Shown: positions 1 through 11,920 of the stretch, in pieces | Position numbering within the stretch: position 1 is the stretch's first letter | How the letters are laid out: each line of letters begins with the position of its first letter | Assembly: GCA_013239625.1 (NCBI GenBank) | Contig: MU054001.1 | Span: forward strand, 5,000,167 to 5,064,166 | DNA length: 64,000 nucleotides | Direction of reading: 5' to 3' | Source of the DNA: Lama guanicoe | Lineage: Eukaryota | Notes under the pieces: generated by a model | Told to the model about the DNA's origin: nothing | Database searches by the model: none | What the model saw: only the letters and a program-made list of their open reading frames with translations | Position numbers and translations under genes: made by a program

Positions 1-459
1 TTCAGGGGGCAGACTGCACCAGGTGGAGAGACAGCAAATGCACAGGTGGTAAGGGGCTGGCAGTTTGAGCAACAGAAAGGCCAGGGGCTGGAGCTCAGCA
101 AGTGAGGGAAGGGTGGTATGAAATGTGAGGCAGGAGCCTGATCACCGAGGGCTTTGTCCACCATGGTAAGGAGTCTGCGCGGATACCATTAAAGTGGTCC
201 ACGCTGTTACCGGTTTCCACTGTAACAGAGTTGCCACCATAGACGGGGGCTCTTGTGGGGAGGTTGACAGTGTGAGTTTTGCAGCTCTGAAGAAACCATT
301 CCATTGGGTCAAGGCAATAGTAATAATTACAAGAATTTTCTTTTCTTTATAAGTGTTAGAATGGGAGTTGGGGTGTTGGGCCAGTTCATCTGAATGAAAC
401 ACCCTCCCCCTGAACAGCCATATGGCTTGTCTTCTCTCGTCTCTTAAACCTCTGTTCAA

Positions 460-715
460 GGGTCACTTCCCCAGAGAGGCCTGTCCTCACTACCACCATC
501 GCTCTCAACGCCCTTCTCTCATTCTGGTGGTCTTTACTGTCTGACCACTCCCAATATTATATATCTGTTTGTTCATTTTATACTTCCCCCTCCCCAGTGG
601 AATGTAAGCGCCTGAGGTCAAAGACGTCACTTATTTTGTTTTTGTTTTTTGTTGTATTCGCAACACTCAGCACAATCCCCGGAAAAACAAACCTTTGGAG
701 AATGAATTTCTTGGA
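460..715 (+). mobile_element. LINE-2 3' end fragment
   Basis: Typical L2 tail (cacttcc..agaggcc, gaatgtaag..ctgagg, cagcaca.., gaatgaat). More L2-like sequence on the opposite strand at about 1-360. Confidence 0.6.
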
Positions 716-1289
716 ATAAATGCCATTGGATTTTGCTGCATTTATTCGGGCAGGAGGGCCCTGGGAGAGTCCTAGTGTTCTGGGGCTTCTATTTCCCAAG
801 CACACTCGTGTCCCTTCTAATCTTTCTGCCTTAATCACTTTAAATGTACTGACAAGCACAACTGACCAATTAATCGCGCTGACGCCCTTGTTACATCGTT
901 TGTAATCCATGATGCTCTTTCTATTGGTAACGGCCTTTCAATTTTTCATGACTCAACATGGGGGACGTACACAGTGAATACAAATAGCAAATTGATTAAA
1001 TGTGATGCATATTCTCCTGCTTGCTGGGTTTATGCCTGTTATTAATGATGGAAATCTAGCAAATTCTCATGAAAACACTGATGACATACAACCTTTAATG
1101 CAAGATGTTGGAGCACTAGGGGTCCTAAATTTTCCTAATTACTGAGCAACAGCAGGCATTAATTTCCCAGACGGCAACCTTTGTAAATAAGAACATCAGC
1201 ACGGCTGCTTTGTCTAAGTTCTTTTTGCTGAGCGCAAGACCCATCACGCAACCCGTTTTTACTCTACCAGGCTATTTGTGTTGTGTTGC

Positions 1290-1412
1290 AAAAAAAAAAA
1301 AAAAAAAAAANNNNNNNNNNNNNNNNNNNNNNNNNNNNNNNNNNNNNNNNNNNNNNNNNNNNNNNNNCCAAGTGATTTTTTTGTTTGAAAAAAAAAAAAA
1401 AAAAAAAAAAGA
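1290..1412. other. Assembly gap (57 N, 1311-1367) flanked by poly(A) tracts
   Basis: N run with A-homopolymers on both sides. Confidence 0.99.
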
Positions 1413-3314
1413 AAAAGAGAAAAACCACAGATACACTTGGGAGATTGCCTTATGAGCAAAGTATAAAGGACACTACTTGTGCAAAATCAAATTTATTGTC
1501 TACTGAGGGATTGCATGTTTCTTGGAATGCTAATATACTGTGATGCAGACGTCACATCGCTTCAGCTGGTGTGCTGAGCATCAAAGCATCACAAAGGTGA
1601 TAAAGCAAAACAAGAAAAAAATGGGAACCAGAGCCTGCAATGGAGAATATGGCAAAGGAGATGCTTTTAAGAGACCCACCTGGCTGAATGTGCAACCGTG
1701 GCCTCAGATTGCCAAAGGATGAGCTGGTTTGCAGTGAGGGGCCATGTGAACCAATCCTTTTTTCCCTAGATAGAAAACCTTCTGAGAAGCAGGTGTTTTC
1801 TTTGATACTCTGGTGGCTAGGGTGACTGGTTTAGCTAGACTGGTACTGGGGAAACAGTACAGCACTCGTCTGACAGGTCTGTAAAGAGAGTGGATGAAGT
1901 GGATAGGAGGATTCATTGAGGATCACTTATACTTAAAAACCAGCATTCGCAGCATGCTAGATGCTAGAAGCCTGACCACTGCTACTAAAATCTCCCTCCT
2001 CCTATACAAACCGGCTGTCCTGCAGAAGGAAGGTTGAATGAGTGAATGGCTGACTATGGTCCTTACCCATTTCCCCAACAGTCCAAGCCTTGACATGTCT
2101 GTATCCATGTAGAAATGGGTAGAATTCCAAACCCAGGGGAAGCAGTGGTCTGCCAAATTGTGCCCAGCCAACTGGGGGCCCAGAGTGGTTTTGGCAAAAT
2201 CTAATCCAGGCTTAGCAGATTCCCTTCTGCATTGAAAGTGTGCACCATTGTAGGCTGGAAATCCCAGAAGAGACCCAGAGCCAAGGATCTGAGAGCCAGG
2301 TGGCTTACTGGGAGGTAGAGGGAGCTTGGAAAGGGGAGCGGAGAACTGAGACAGGGAAGGGAAGGTGGTGAACAATAAGGGGGCATCACTAAACCAGCTA
2401 TCATGATGCCAAATGCAGCTGAATCTCAGAGGGAAACTGGAAAACTGTGCAAAACACAGGCCTTGGAATCACCTCGGCCAAGGGGTGAGGGATCTGGGGT
2501 ATTTATCACCGTGTACTCCACAGTCATTGATTAAGGATGCCCCCAGAGAGAGATTAATTCCCGGGTACTTTCAAGTTCCCATGCTGTGGACAAAGTGGGT
2601 TCCAGTAGCCAAAGGGCAGCCTGTCTGACAAAGATGTAGCGAACATGGGTGTGGCTCCAGCAGATATTGCTTCAAAAGTCACTCCAAGGGCTTAGGATTC
2701 CCTCTCATAGATACAAAATCCATACCCACCCAAACTTCTGAAGCTCCTCCATTACTCATGATCAAAATGTCTGACTGATGGGCACTGGGCATAAGTCACT
2801 GCTGAATGTGATTTGAAAGGGGAATGAAACTAACAGGCTCTCCTGGCTGAATTTTCCACTCTATGGAGATAGCAAGACAGATTTCTTGCTAAAATTTAGG
2901 AAATACACATGCCCTCCTCCCCCACTGTCATATGTCTATGTGAGAGAATAAAGAATTCACAACTAGTTCTAAAAAAAGAGCCAAACTCAGAAGAGAAATA
3001 CATTCACAGACCATAGAGTAAGAGACAGTGCTGAGGCAGAGAAGGGCAGAGAGGAATGAAGATTTCATTTATTATAATTTGAAAAAAAACCCCCACAAAC
3101 CACTTTGGGCAACTTTAAGCATTTTCCCCAGATGAAGCCTGAGGTACATACACCTGGGCTGGAACATTCTGATTGTCACATTGATCTGGTTGTCAGATAG
3201 GGTCCCATTTTGTACTGGAAGTTATCTTGTAAAGCCAAAGAATTCTTCAGCATCTCCACTTCTTTTGATATCTTAGCTGTGAAAATCCTTTCTCAATACA
3301 TAATAATAAAAATC

Positions 3315-3530
3315 ACAATAATTAGCATTTATTTAGTGCTTATTATTTGTCAATTGTTTTGCATGTATTAAATCATTAAATACTCAACAAACATATGGTT
3401 AGCTATCATTTCCCCCATTTTACACAGAAAGAAGCTGAGGCTCAGAGAGGTTAAGCGACTAACCCAAGATCACTCAGCAAGTGGAGCTAAGATTTGGAAC
3501 CAGGTATTATGATTCTAGAACCCACATCTC
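3315..3530 (-). mobile_element. MIR SINE
   Basis: MIR core on the minus strand (ccccattttacacagaaagaagctgaggctcagagaggttaag..cccaagatcactcagc). Confidence 0.85.
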
Positions 3531-4493
3531 TGCATAATCTGTCTTCCATGCACCCTATTTCCTTACCTTAATAATCAAATGTTTTTATAAACATAAATCC
3601 TGTCTTAATTGTATATAGCCCAAGAATGTGATGGTTTGATTTTACTCCATGGTAAGTACCACAGCTTCATGTGAAACACCCTAGAACAAAGCCCATTCAA
3701 AGAGGAGAGAAGCTTGCATTTCCCAAGGGCTACATTTGGTTTCTCCAGAAGCATGCTCAGGTCACTGTACTAGCAAAACCTTTCTAGTTTTATCTCACAA
3801 CCAACACACTGCTCTCTAAATCTACAGGGACCATGTGAGATGCAGGAAATCAACTTTATTTGCCTCTCTTGACTCTCAAATGAGACTATTCAACCACTGG
3901 TCTCCACATTGAGTAGAAATATGAAACATGCAAATGGCACTGCTTTCTTATTGGCTTTTATTGGCATTTACTAAATAAAAGAAGGATATGTGCGTGATTA
4001 TAGATGGAACCACTGCTTAGAAAGCACTTGAGCGACTACTTAGATTCACGTTTATTATAGTGTGATCCTGAGTCTAAAAAGGAATTGACATTTTTTTTTT
4101 TCTGCTACAGCTTATAAACGCAGAGCCAGAGGGGCCTCTCATTCTTCTAAATATCTCTTCAGGAGGAGATGAGAGGGAAAAAGCTCATGCCTAACAGTGT
4201 TAAAAGCTTATGGTTTGCTTTTCCACGGTATTTCTATTACAGTGTAAGTGTGTAGATGGCGTAAGCACATATGCACATAAATGCTATTTGCTAAATTTAA
4301 AAGAAAGATGGTTTTCCCACTTCTAACACTTAGGGATTTATAAAAGATAATGCTTTAAGAGCCAGCAAAATCAACTACTACACATGCATAAAAGACCCTC
4401 ATTTCTCTAAATATTTAGAGAATATTTCTCTAAATATTTAGAGAAGGACCACAGTAGGAAATACCAAAGTTAGACTGGATGAAAGGGTAAAAG

Positions 4494-4495
<2 letters not shown>

Positions 4496-4524
<29 letters not shown>
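4496..4524. repeat. (CA)n microsatellite
   Basis: Read directly. Other (CA)n tracts at about 7276-7301 and 27332-27364. Confidence 0.95.
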
Positions 4525-4527
<3 letters not shown>

Positions 4528-4789
4528 AATAATTTTAAGCAAAAGCGTTCAAGAATTTCATCATTCTGTCTGGACTTACTCTTCTACATGCGTAGAAGTG
4601 CTGGACCCAAATCAGTAGGAGGATTTGTTCGGACATTTTGAATGGTCACAATGTGACTTTATTTAATCTACGTGTTATCTGATCCTTGTAATAAGTAATT
4701 GCTCTTGCATGGGGCTGCTGTGTGAAGAAGTGCACCCTGCACATTTTAACCCCTAATGCAAACACTTCTTTGGTCCCACTTAACACACC

Positions 4790-5369
4790 TTTAAAGCAAA
4801 CTACAACGCCTAAGATAAGAATTACATTGGTTAGGATTAATAGTAGACTAGAACTTGCAGAAGAAAAGATTAGTGAACTTGAAGACATGGCAAAAAGAAA
4901 GCATTCAGAACAAAAAGACCAGGAGAAGGAGAATTTTATAAAACGAGCAGAGCACCAGTGAGCTGTGGGATAACGTCAAGCAGCCCAGCACTTAGAAAAC
5001 TGGAGTCCTTGAAATGCAAGGGAGAGGATCAGGACGGAAAAAAAGTTTTTGAAGAACTAATGGCTAAACATTTTCCAAATTTGATAAAAAAGACAACACG
5101 ACCACAGATCCATGAAGCTCAATGAGTCTCAAACACAGGAAACATGAAGAAAATGACAGCGAAGTATGTCATGATTAACTTGCTCAAAACCAGTGGTGAG
5201 AATATCTTAAAAGCAGTTTTCAGGTAAACAGGCAGATTACTGCAGCCTTCCAAGCCAGAAATAACACATGCAAGATGATGGAGGCACATTTTTTAAATAC
5301 TGAAAGGAAAGAATTGTCAACCTAGAATTCTGTATTTAGTGAAAATATCTTTTAAATATGAAGGAGAAA
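4790..5369 (+). mobile_element. Old L1 ORF1 region, 5' part (degraded)
   Basis: INSRLELAEEKISELED coiled-coil motif typical of L1 ORF1p. The ORF1 C-terminal signature caacctagaattctgtat..gtgaaaatatc..tgaagg is present. Confidence 0.85.
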
Positions 5370-5964
5370 GCCCAGAGACACTGAGTGGGCTGGGCATGTG
5401 CAGCTGAGCAAACTGGGTCCAAGCACACAGGCATGGCTCTGCAAGGAGGAGAATGGAGAAGGGGGCCCAGCCATGCACCTCCTCCCCTGCAGAGATCTCC
5501 CCAGCACCCATACTGTGACCCCTACAGCTGCCTGGCACAGGGGGACAGAACCAGCTCCAGAAAGATATCCAGTAGCCTGGTGCCTGCCCAGAGCAGAAAT
5601 CTGGTGGGAAGCCTCTGGCTGTTCACAAGACAATTGCTTTAATAAAGCTTCTTTACAGAATTCTCAAGTTCAGAAATATTTTATCTTGAAGGAAATGAAA
5701 CCAAATAACTCCAAAACAAATGCCACCACAGTCAACAGTACCAAATCAGGCAGTGCCGAAGCCAGGAATTTAACGTACAAAATGGCAACTACACCAGATA
5801 TAACTACACCAGTTACATCAGGGAGACTTCACATCCTCACATATGAAAATTCTCATATTTAAGATTCGATTCTTCACCAAGCAGAGTATATTCAAGGGAT
5901 GGTTTCCAAAATATGTTCACACCTTCTCCTTCAAGTGAGTATTTGTGAACAAGTAATACTAATG

Positions 5965-6160
5965 GTAGGTATCACTTCTGTCTGTTTAGTACATACCAGG
6001 CTCTGTTCAAAGCCTTCATGCATCATTTAACAAGAACTCTAAGAAGTGGATTCTGATATTGCTCCTATTTCATACATGGGGAAACTGAAACACAGGTGAA
6101 GCCACTTGCCCAAAGGTTTCACAGTTTTTAAGTGGTAAGGTCAGGATTTGAACCCAGAGT
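5965..6160 (-). mobile_element. MIR SINE
   Basis: ggggaaactgaaacacagg..cacttgcccaaagg..cacag..ggatttgaacccag. Confidence 0.8.
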
Positions 6161-6200
6161 TATCTCACAATTATACTATGTATATTGCTTCACTCAGCTT

Positions 6201-6839
6201 AAAAAATTAATAGACCTTAAAAAATTAGTTTTAGGTTTACAGAAAAATTGAGCTAAAATGCAGACAGCCATACACCCTGTCACTTCTCATCCCAGTTTAC
6301 TCTACAATTAGTGCATACGTGTGGTGTATTTGTTAAAACTGATGAACCACTATTGATACAATATTATTAACCAAAGTCCACAGTTTGCATTAGAGCTCAC
6401 TCTTTGTGTTGTACATTCTATGGGTTTTGACAAATGTATAATGAGGATTTCACTGCTTTAAAAATACTCTGTGTTCTGCCTATTCATCCCTCCTTCCCTG
6501 CTAACTCTTGGCAACCACTGATCTTTTTACTGCCTCCATAGCGTTGCCTTTTCTAGAATGTCATATATTTGGAATCATACAATATGTAACCTTTTCAGAT
6601 TGGTTTCTTTCACTTAGCAGTATGCATTTAAGGTTCCTCCATGTCTTTTTGTGGTATGATAGCTCATTTCTTTTTATTTCTGAATACTATTACATTATAT
6701 GAATGTACCACAGTTTCATCTATTCACTGCTGAAAGATATCTTGGTTGCTCCCATCTTTTGGCACGTATGAGGAAACCTGCTAAAACATTCATGTGCAGA
6801 GTTTTGTGTGGACATCAGTTTTCAGCTCATTTGGACACC
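6201..6839 (-). mobile_element. 5'-truncated L1 3'UTR (L1MC/MD-like) with 11-bp TSD
   Basis: Antisense L1 3' end (ttttaggtttacagaaaaattgagc, ggcaaccactgatc, cacttagcagtatgcatttaagg). TSD TCACTCAGCTT (6190-6200) and TCACTCAGTTT (6840-6850). Confidence 0.85.
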
Positions 6840-6890
6840 TCACTCAGTTTTACAACAATAAAATCTGACATTATAATTTCCTTAAAAAAA

Positions 6891-8690
6891 GTAAATAAAA
6901 ACTTTTTCAGACATACGAAAACTAAAAGAATTCATTACCAGCAGACGGCACTGCAAGAAATGTTAAAGGAAATCCTTTAAGCAGAAGGAAATGCTATCAG
7001 GTGGGAATGGGAATCTCCACAAAGGAACAAAGGACACTGAATGGGTATGTATATAAATTTTGCCCATAATTAAAAAAAAAAAACAACCAAAAACCTTTAA
7101 AAGATAATTGTTTTAACAAAAATAATAATATAAAGTGGGGTTTGTAATATCAGTAGAGGTTAAATGTAGGTAATGGTGGCAAAAAAGTTTGGAAGGGGAG
7201 AAACAAAAATGTACTATTACAAGATTGTTACACTATACGTGAAGTAGCATCAAATCACTTGAAGGTAGATGAGCTACACACACACACACACACACACACA
7301 CTCTGAAGTAATAACTATAATAACAAAGAGTTATAGATGATGAGCCAATCATAGACACAAAATGGAATTGTAAAAAAAATCAAGTAATCCAAAATAAGGC
7401 AAGAGAAGAGAAAAAAGTAACAAAGAGAGGATGGGATAAACAGAAAACATATAGCACTTAAACTTAATCACATCACATGTCACATTAAATATACATGGTC
7501 TAAATGCCACAATTAAAAGGCAGAGGTTGAGTTAAAAAGCAAGACCCAACTCTACATTGCCTATACACAACACACCCCAAATACAATGGCACAAATAGGT
7601 TAAAAGTTTAAGGGATGGGAAAAAAATGCTTATGCCTATCAAAAAAGAGCTATATTAATATCAGACAAAGGAGATTTCAGAGCAAAGAGTATTATCTGAG
7701 ATGAAGAATGTCATTTCATAATGATAAGGGGGAGGGTCAGTTCATCAAAAAGCCATAACAATCACAAGTCATAAATGTCTATGCATCTAATAATAGAGCT
7801 TCAAAACACAAGAAACCAAAACCGGAATAATTGCAAGAAAATACAGACTAATCCACAAATATAGTCAGATATGTTGATACTCCTGTCTCAATGATTTATA
7901 GACTGAAAATCAATAAGAAAATAGAAGATGTAAAGAACACCATCAAACAACTTATTTAATTGACATTACAGGACATTTTACCCAACAATAGCAGAATCAA
8001 CATTCTTTTCATGAACACATGGACATTTACAAGGATAGACCATACTGTGGACTATAAAGCAAGTCTCAGTAAATTAAAAAGGATTCCAGTCACACAAAGT
8101 ATATTCTCTGATCGTAATGGAAGTTAAAAAAAAAAGTCAACAACAGAAAGATCTCTAGAAAATACTCAAATATTTGGAAACAAAATAACATACTTTTAAA
8201 TAACTCATGAGTCAACGATGGATTCAAAAGGGAATTTAGAAAGCATTTTTAACTGAATGAAAATTAAAATAGCAACAGCTCAGAATTTGGAGATGCCACT
8301 AAAACAGGACACAGGGGGAAATTTATATTACCAGCTGCTCGTGTTAGAAAAGAAGAAAAATCTTAGCTTCCGCCTTAAAAATCTTAAAAAAGAAGAGCAA
8401 GTTAAACTTAGGTGTGTAGAAGGAAGGAAATAATAAAGACAGGAACAGAATAAAATGACATAGAAAAAAGAAAAACAACCCCCAAAAAAATCAGTGAGAC
8501 CAAAAGCTGGTTCTTTGAAAAGATCAATAAAATTGATAAACCTGTAGCCAGTCTTTTCAGGGAGAAAAGAAAAGACAGAAGTACCAACAGCAGGACTGAG
8601 AGAAGGGACATAACCAAATACTCTATGGATGCTAAAAATATAATAAGAGGGATAGCGTGAAGGGCTTTTTGCCAACAAATCTGACAATTT
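6891..8690 (+). mobile_element. Continuation of the same old L1 (end of ORF1, spacer, ORF2 endonuclease region), degraded
   Basis: Resumes ORF1 exactly where the 4790-5369 piece stops (aataaaaactttttcagac..LQEMLKEIL), then shows ORF2 EN signatures (aagcaagacccaact, gacaaaggagatttcagagcaaag, ccaaaagctggttctttgaaaagatcaataaaattgataaacc). Confidence 0.85.
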
Positions 8691-8699
8691 TTAACACCA

Positions 8700-9225
8700 C
8701 AAAAAGATAGGAAATACTAAGAAATTACTGAGGATAACTGAATTGACATCTCTACAAAAATCTGAAACACAAAGCATAAAATCTTAGACATCACTGTGAA
8801 ATTCAGAACCATAAAAATAAAGAAACAATCCTGAAAGTTCCACAGGGAATAAACAGATCACCTATAGAGGACCGAAGTTCACACTGGCATTAGACTTTTC
8901 AACAGCCAAAACATAATGAAGCAAGAGGAAAAGGGAAGTGGTGATGGCATTAATTAAACTCCCATCTAACACGGCAAGAAGGGGATAGACATTGTTTAAA
9001 GGTGGTAAGTTACCAAATAGCAGTATGAGCATAGTGTAAAGAAATGGCACTTACCCTTAGAAGGCCTATAAATAGACTGGGTTAAAATTTGCTGCTTTGA
9101 GGAGTATGATTGGAGGAAGAAGACGGTGGGGTAGAAAATAAATACAGTCATTTAAAAGTCTTATTTGTATTACTTAATGTTTTAAACTACATGCATGATT
9201 TCAAAATACTACTTTAAAAATACAT
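8700..9225 (+). mobile_element. Ancient L1-ORF1/HAL1-like fragment
   Basis: gtgaaattcagaac..aatcctgaaag..cagatcacctatagagg..actggcattagacttttcaacagc resembles the ORF1 C-terminal region. Confidence 0.5.
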
Positions 9226-10939
9226 TGAGTACATACTGACATCAGAGCTCAAAGCAAAGTAAGTGGATTCTAGGGTAACGTGGCTGCACTTTTCAAAATA
9301 TGGCCATTATATCCTGTGTTACTGCCAGTAGGCAGTTATCTTCTTTCCAAAGTATGCATGGATTCCACTGAATGTATTTCTTCTTTCCTTTTCTGTCTTT
9401 CTGTCTGTCTCCCTCTCCTCCTACCTCTCCCTCATGCTCCCTGTGACAGACAGCCTTGCTGGGGTGTGACTCTGATGGAACAGTGCTTATACGTGAAGCC
9501 AGCTGGTCCAGGACCAAGCTAAACCTGCTGGAGTATCTGAGCTGGACACACAGAGCAGTGACCTCACTCTGTACAGTCAACCAACTCCTTCTGAGATGAT
9601 GTGTTCAATCAAATGTACTCTAAGGGGAGTCGGGACAAAAGCAGTGCTTTGGAGGAAGAGACAACTCGACCTCAGAATTGCTAGGAAAGTGGGTGGTAGA
9701 GAACGTCATATACACCCTCTCCTAAACCAAGGATACTTTGTTTCACTGCCATACTCTAAATCGTCGTCCATTCCAATATGTTCCTAAACATGCGATGGAG
9801 GCAATTCCCAACATGCTTTTTGACAGCATAGCACTGAGCCTCACAGGAAGACACTTACTCCATTCAATTCTCTTTCAACTCTATAGACGTCAAGGAGGAA
9901 ATATTAGTTTGGTACCACTATCTATTTTAACACCTTTCTCTCTCTTGTAATATTTGCTAAATCTCCCTTTTAAATGAGAGAGAGAAGACAGGCTCGGGAG
10001 TATTTCACTGCTACAAAATTATTGTATATTTATTTATTTTCATGATTACTGTCTATTTGATATGTTCACATGACAAGTGAAACACCTGTGGCAGTGACGA
10101 AAGTTAAACTTATCATTTTAAAGAAACATTTATAATTAAAAAGTAGGTGATTTAAGAAGAACACCAAGTAAATAACAGCACAGGAGGAAAGTCATGATAA
10201 TATTCATAAAGGTGGTTTCCAAATCACTGAGGTCTGGGGAACACTTGTCTATCAAAGCTCTGTTCTGGCTTACTGTCTTAATATGGCCTCTTCCACGACA
10301 GAGAAATAGGAAGGGAAGAATAGCCTCATTTCGGCTGGACACAGCATTTTCTGCGTGAAAAACTCTGAATTTGTTGGTGCTTTTTAATAATCTCCCAATT
10401 AGATGCAACTGTTGTGAGATATATCCCAATTTGAAGTGGACAATAAAACCTAGAATACAGCCTTGGGAGTTGTGGGCCCACAGTTTCTGAAAAGTGGATG
10501 GCAGGTAAACTGCTGAGAAACTGCTGAGCTGTTTCTTCCCTTCCCAATTACACCTCTAGGAAAAAAAGAAAAAAGAAAAAGGAAAAACCCTCCCGCCTAT
10601 GATTGCACTCACCATCTCACCTATATGTTCCCTGAAACTTCAAGCCCTCCGTCCAGATAAACATGCGGAAAAGAAGCTTCACGTTGAAGCCAGGGCGCTG
10701 CTGTACATTTTAGTACCAGTTACTATTCTTTCCCCACATAAGTCTCTCCTGTAACTGTGAATGGTAGATGCTAACAAGGCCATCATGCAAGTCTCAGCCT
10801 CAAACCTCACCTGAATATGATTGTTGGTAAACATAACCAGCATACAATAAGCTCAGGGTGATAATCACAGAATGTTTACAAGAAAGTTTGGGGGAAAAAA
10901 CAATAAGATTGAGAAGAATAAATCTAGGTCAAACACAAT

Positions 10940-11920
10940 GGTGACAAAAAGATATCATAAACAAGTTTAAAAGGCACTGTTCTAGGAGATTGCAACATAT
11001 CTAACATATCTAACAGATAGATGCTTACAATAGAGTGTCTACATTGTGTACACCCCGCCCACCGCAAACTCGTACAAATCAATAAAACAACCCATTAGAA
11101 GAATGGTCAGTGTGTTAGAATAAACAAATTACAGTGAGGAGATGTCAACAGCCAATAAACATATAAAAAACGGCTCAATCTCATCACGAATAAGAGAAAC
11201 GTACATTAAAATAATGAGACATCATTTTGCACCCGTTAAAGTAGCACACGTTTTAATGTCTGCTAATATTAAGAGTTGGTAAGGATGCAGGGAAACACCA
11301 ACCCTCATCCCCCACTGGTCAGAATGTAAATTGGTACCTCCAGTTTGGAAAGCAACTTGGTCCAATTTATTCAGCTCTAAAATGTGCATGTTCTGTGGCC
11401 CAGGAATTCCACCTGTAGGTATAAGCCTAGAGGAGCAAGCACTTCTGTACACCAGAAGTCAAGAACTATGGCAGCATTTTTAGTAGTGGCAAACAGTTAG
11501 ATGCCCTGTATAGGAGAAGAGCTAAATAACCACAGCACAGGCGCACCGTGAGACGTTATGAAGCAATTAGAACAGATGAAGTAGCTCTAGGTGGGTTACC
11601 TCAGAAAGATCTCCCAGAAATACTAACGAGTTAAAAGGCTAGTTGCAGAAAGACACACACAATAGTATACTGACATAGGGGGAAAACCTTTTAAAAACTA
11701 TGCTGTCTAGTTGCTTAATGCTACTGAATCACAGGTACTGTGCTTAAGTGTATGAAGAACATTTCACAGGATACAGACTGAACCGATCATGGTTACTGGG
11801 AGGGCAGAGAGCAACAGGAACCTGTTTTGGTGGAAGGAGTCCAAGGCGAATTTAACTTATCTATAATGTTTCAGTTTTTTAAAAGGAGTTAATATTTATG
11901 TATTAATTCAGTAATTTAGA
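10940..11920 (+). mobile_element. Ancient L1 (L1ME-like) ORF2 end and 3'UTR
   Basis: gccaataaacatataaaaa..ctcaatctcatcac..aatgagac..gaatgtaaattggtac..ggaattccacctgtagg. Confidence 0.75.

Noticed and set aside
1210..1459. Poly-Lys/poly-Phe ORFs and paired poly(A) tracts
   Set aside because: They span an assembly gap. The two A tracts may be one tract represented twice.
4403..4445. MEF2 or CArG sites in the palindrome
   Set aside because: CTAAATATTTAG has six W bases between CTA and TAG, matching neither YTA(W)4TAR nor CC(W)6GG.
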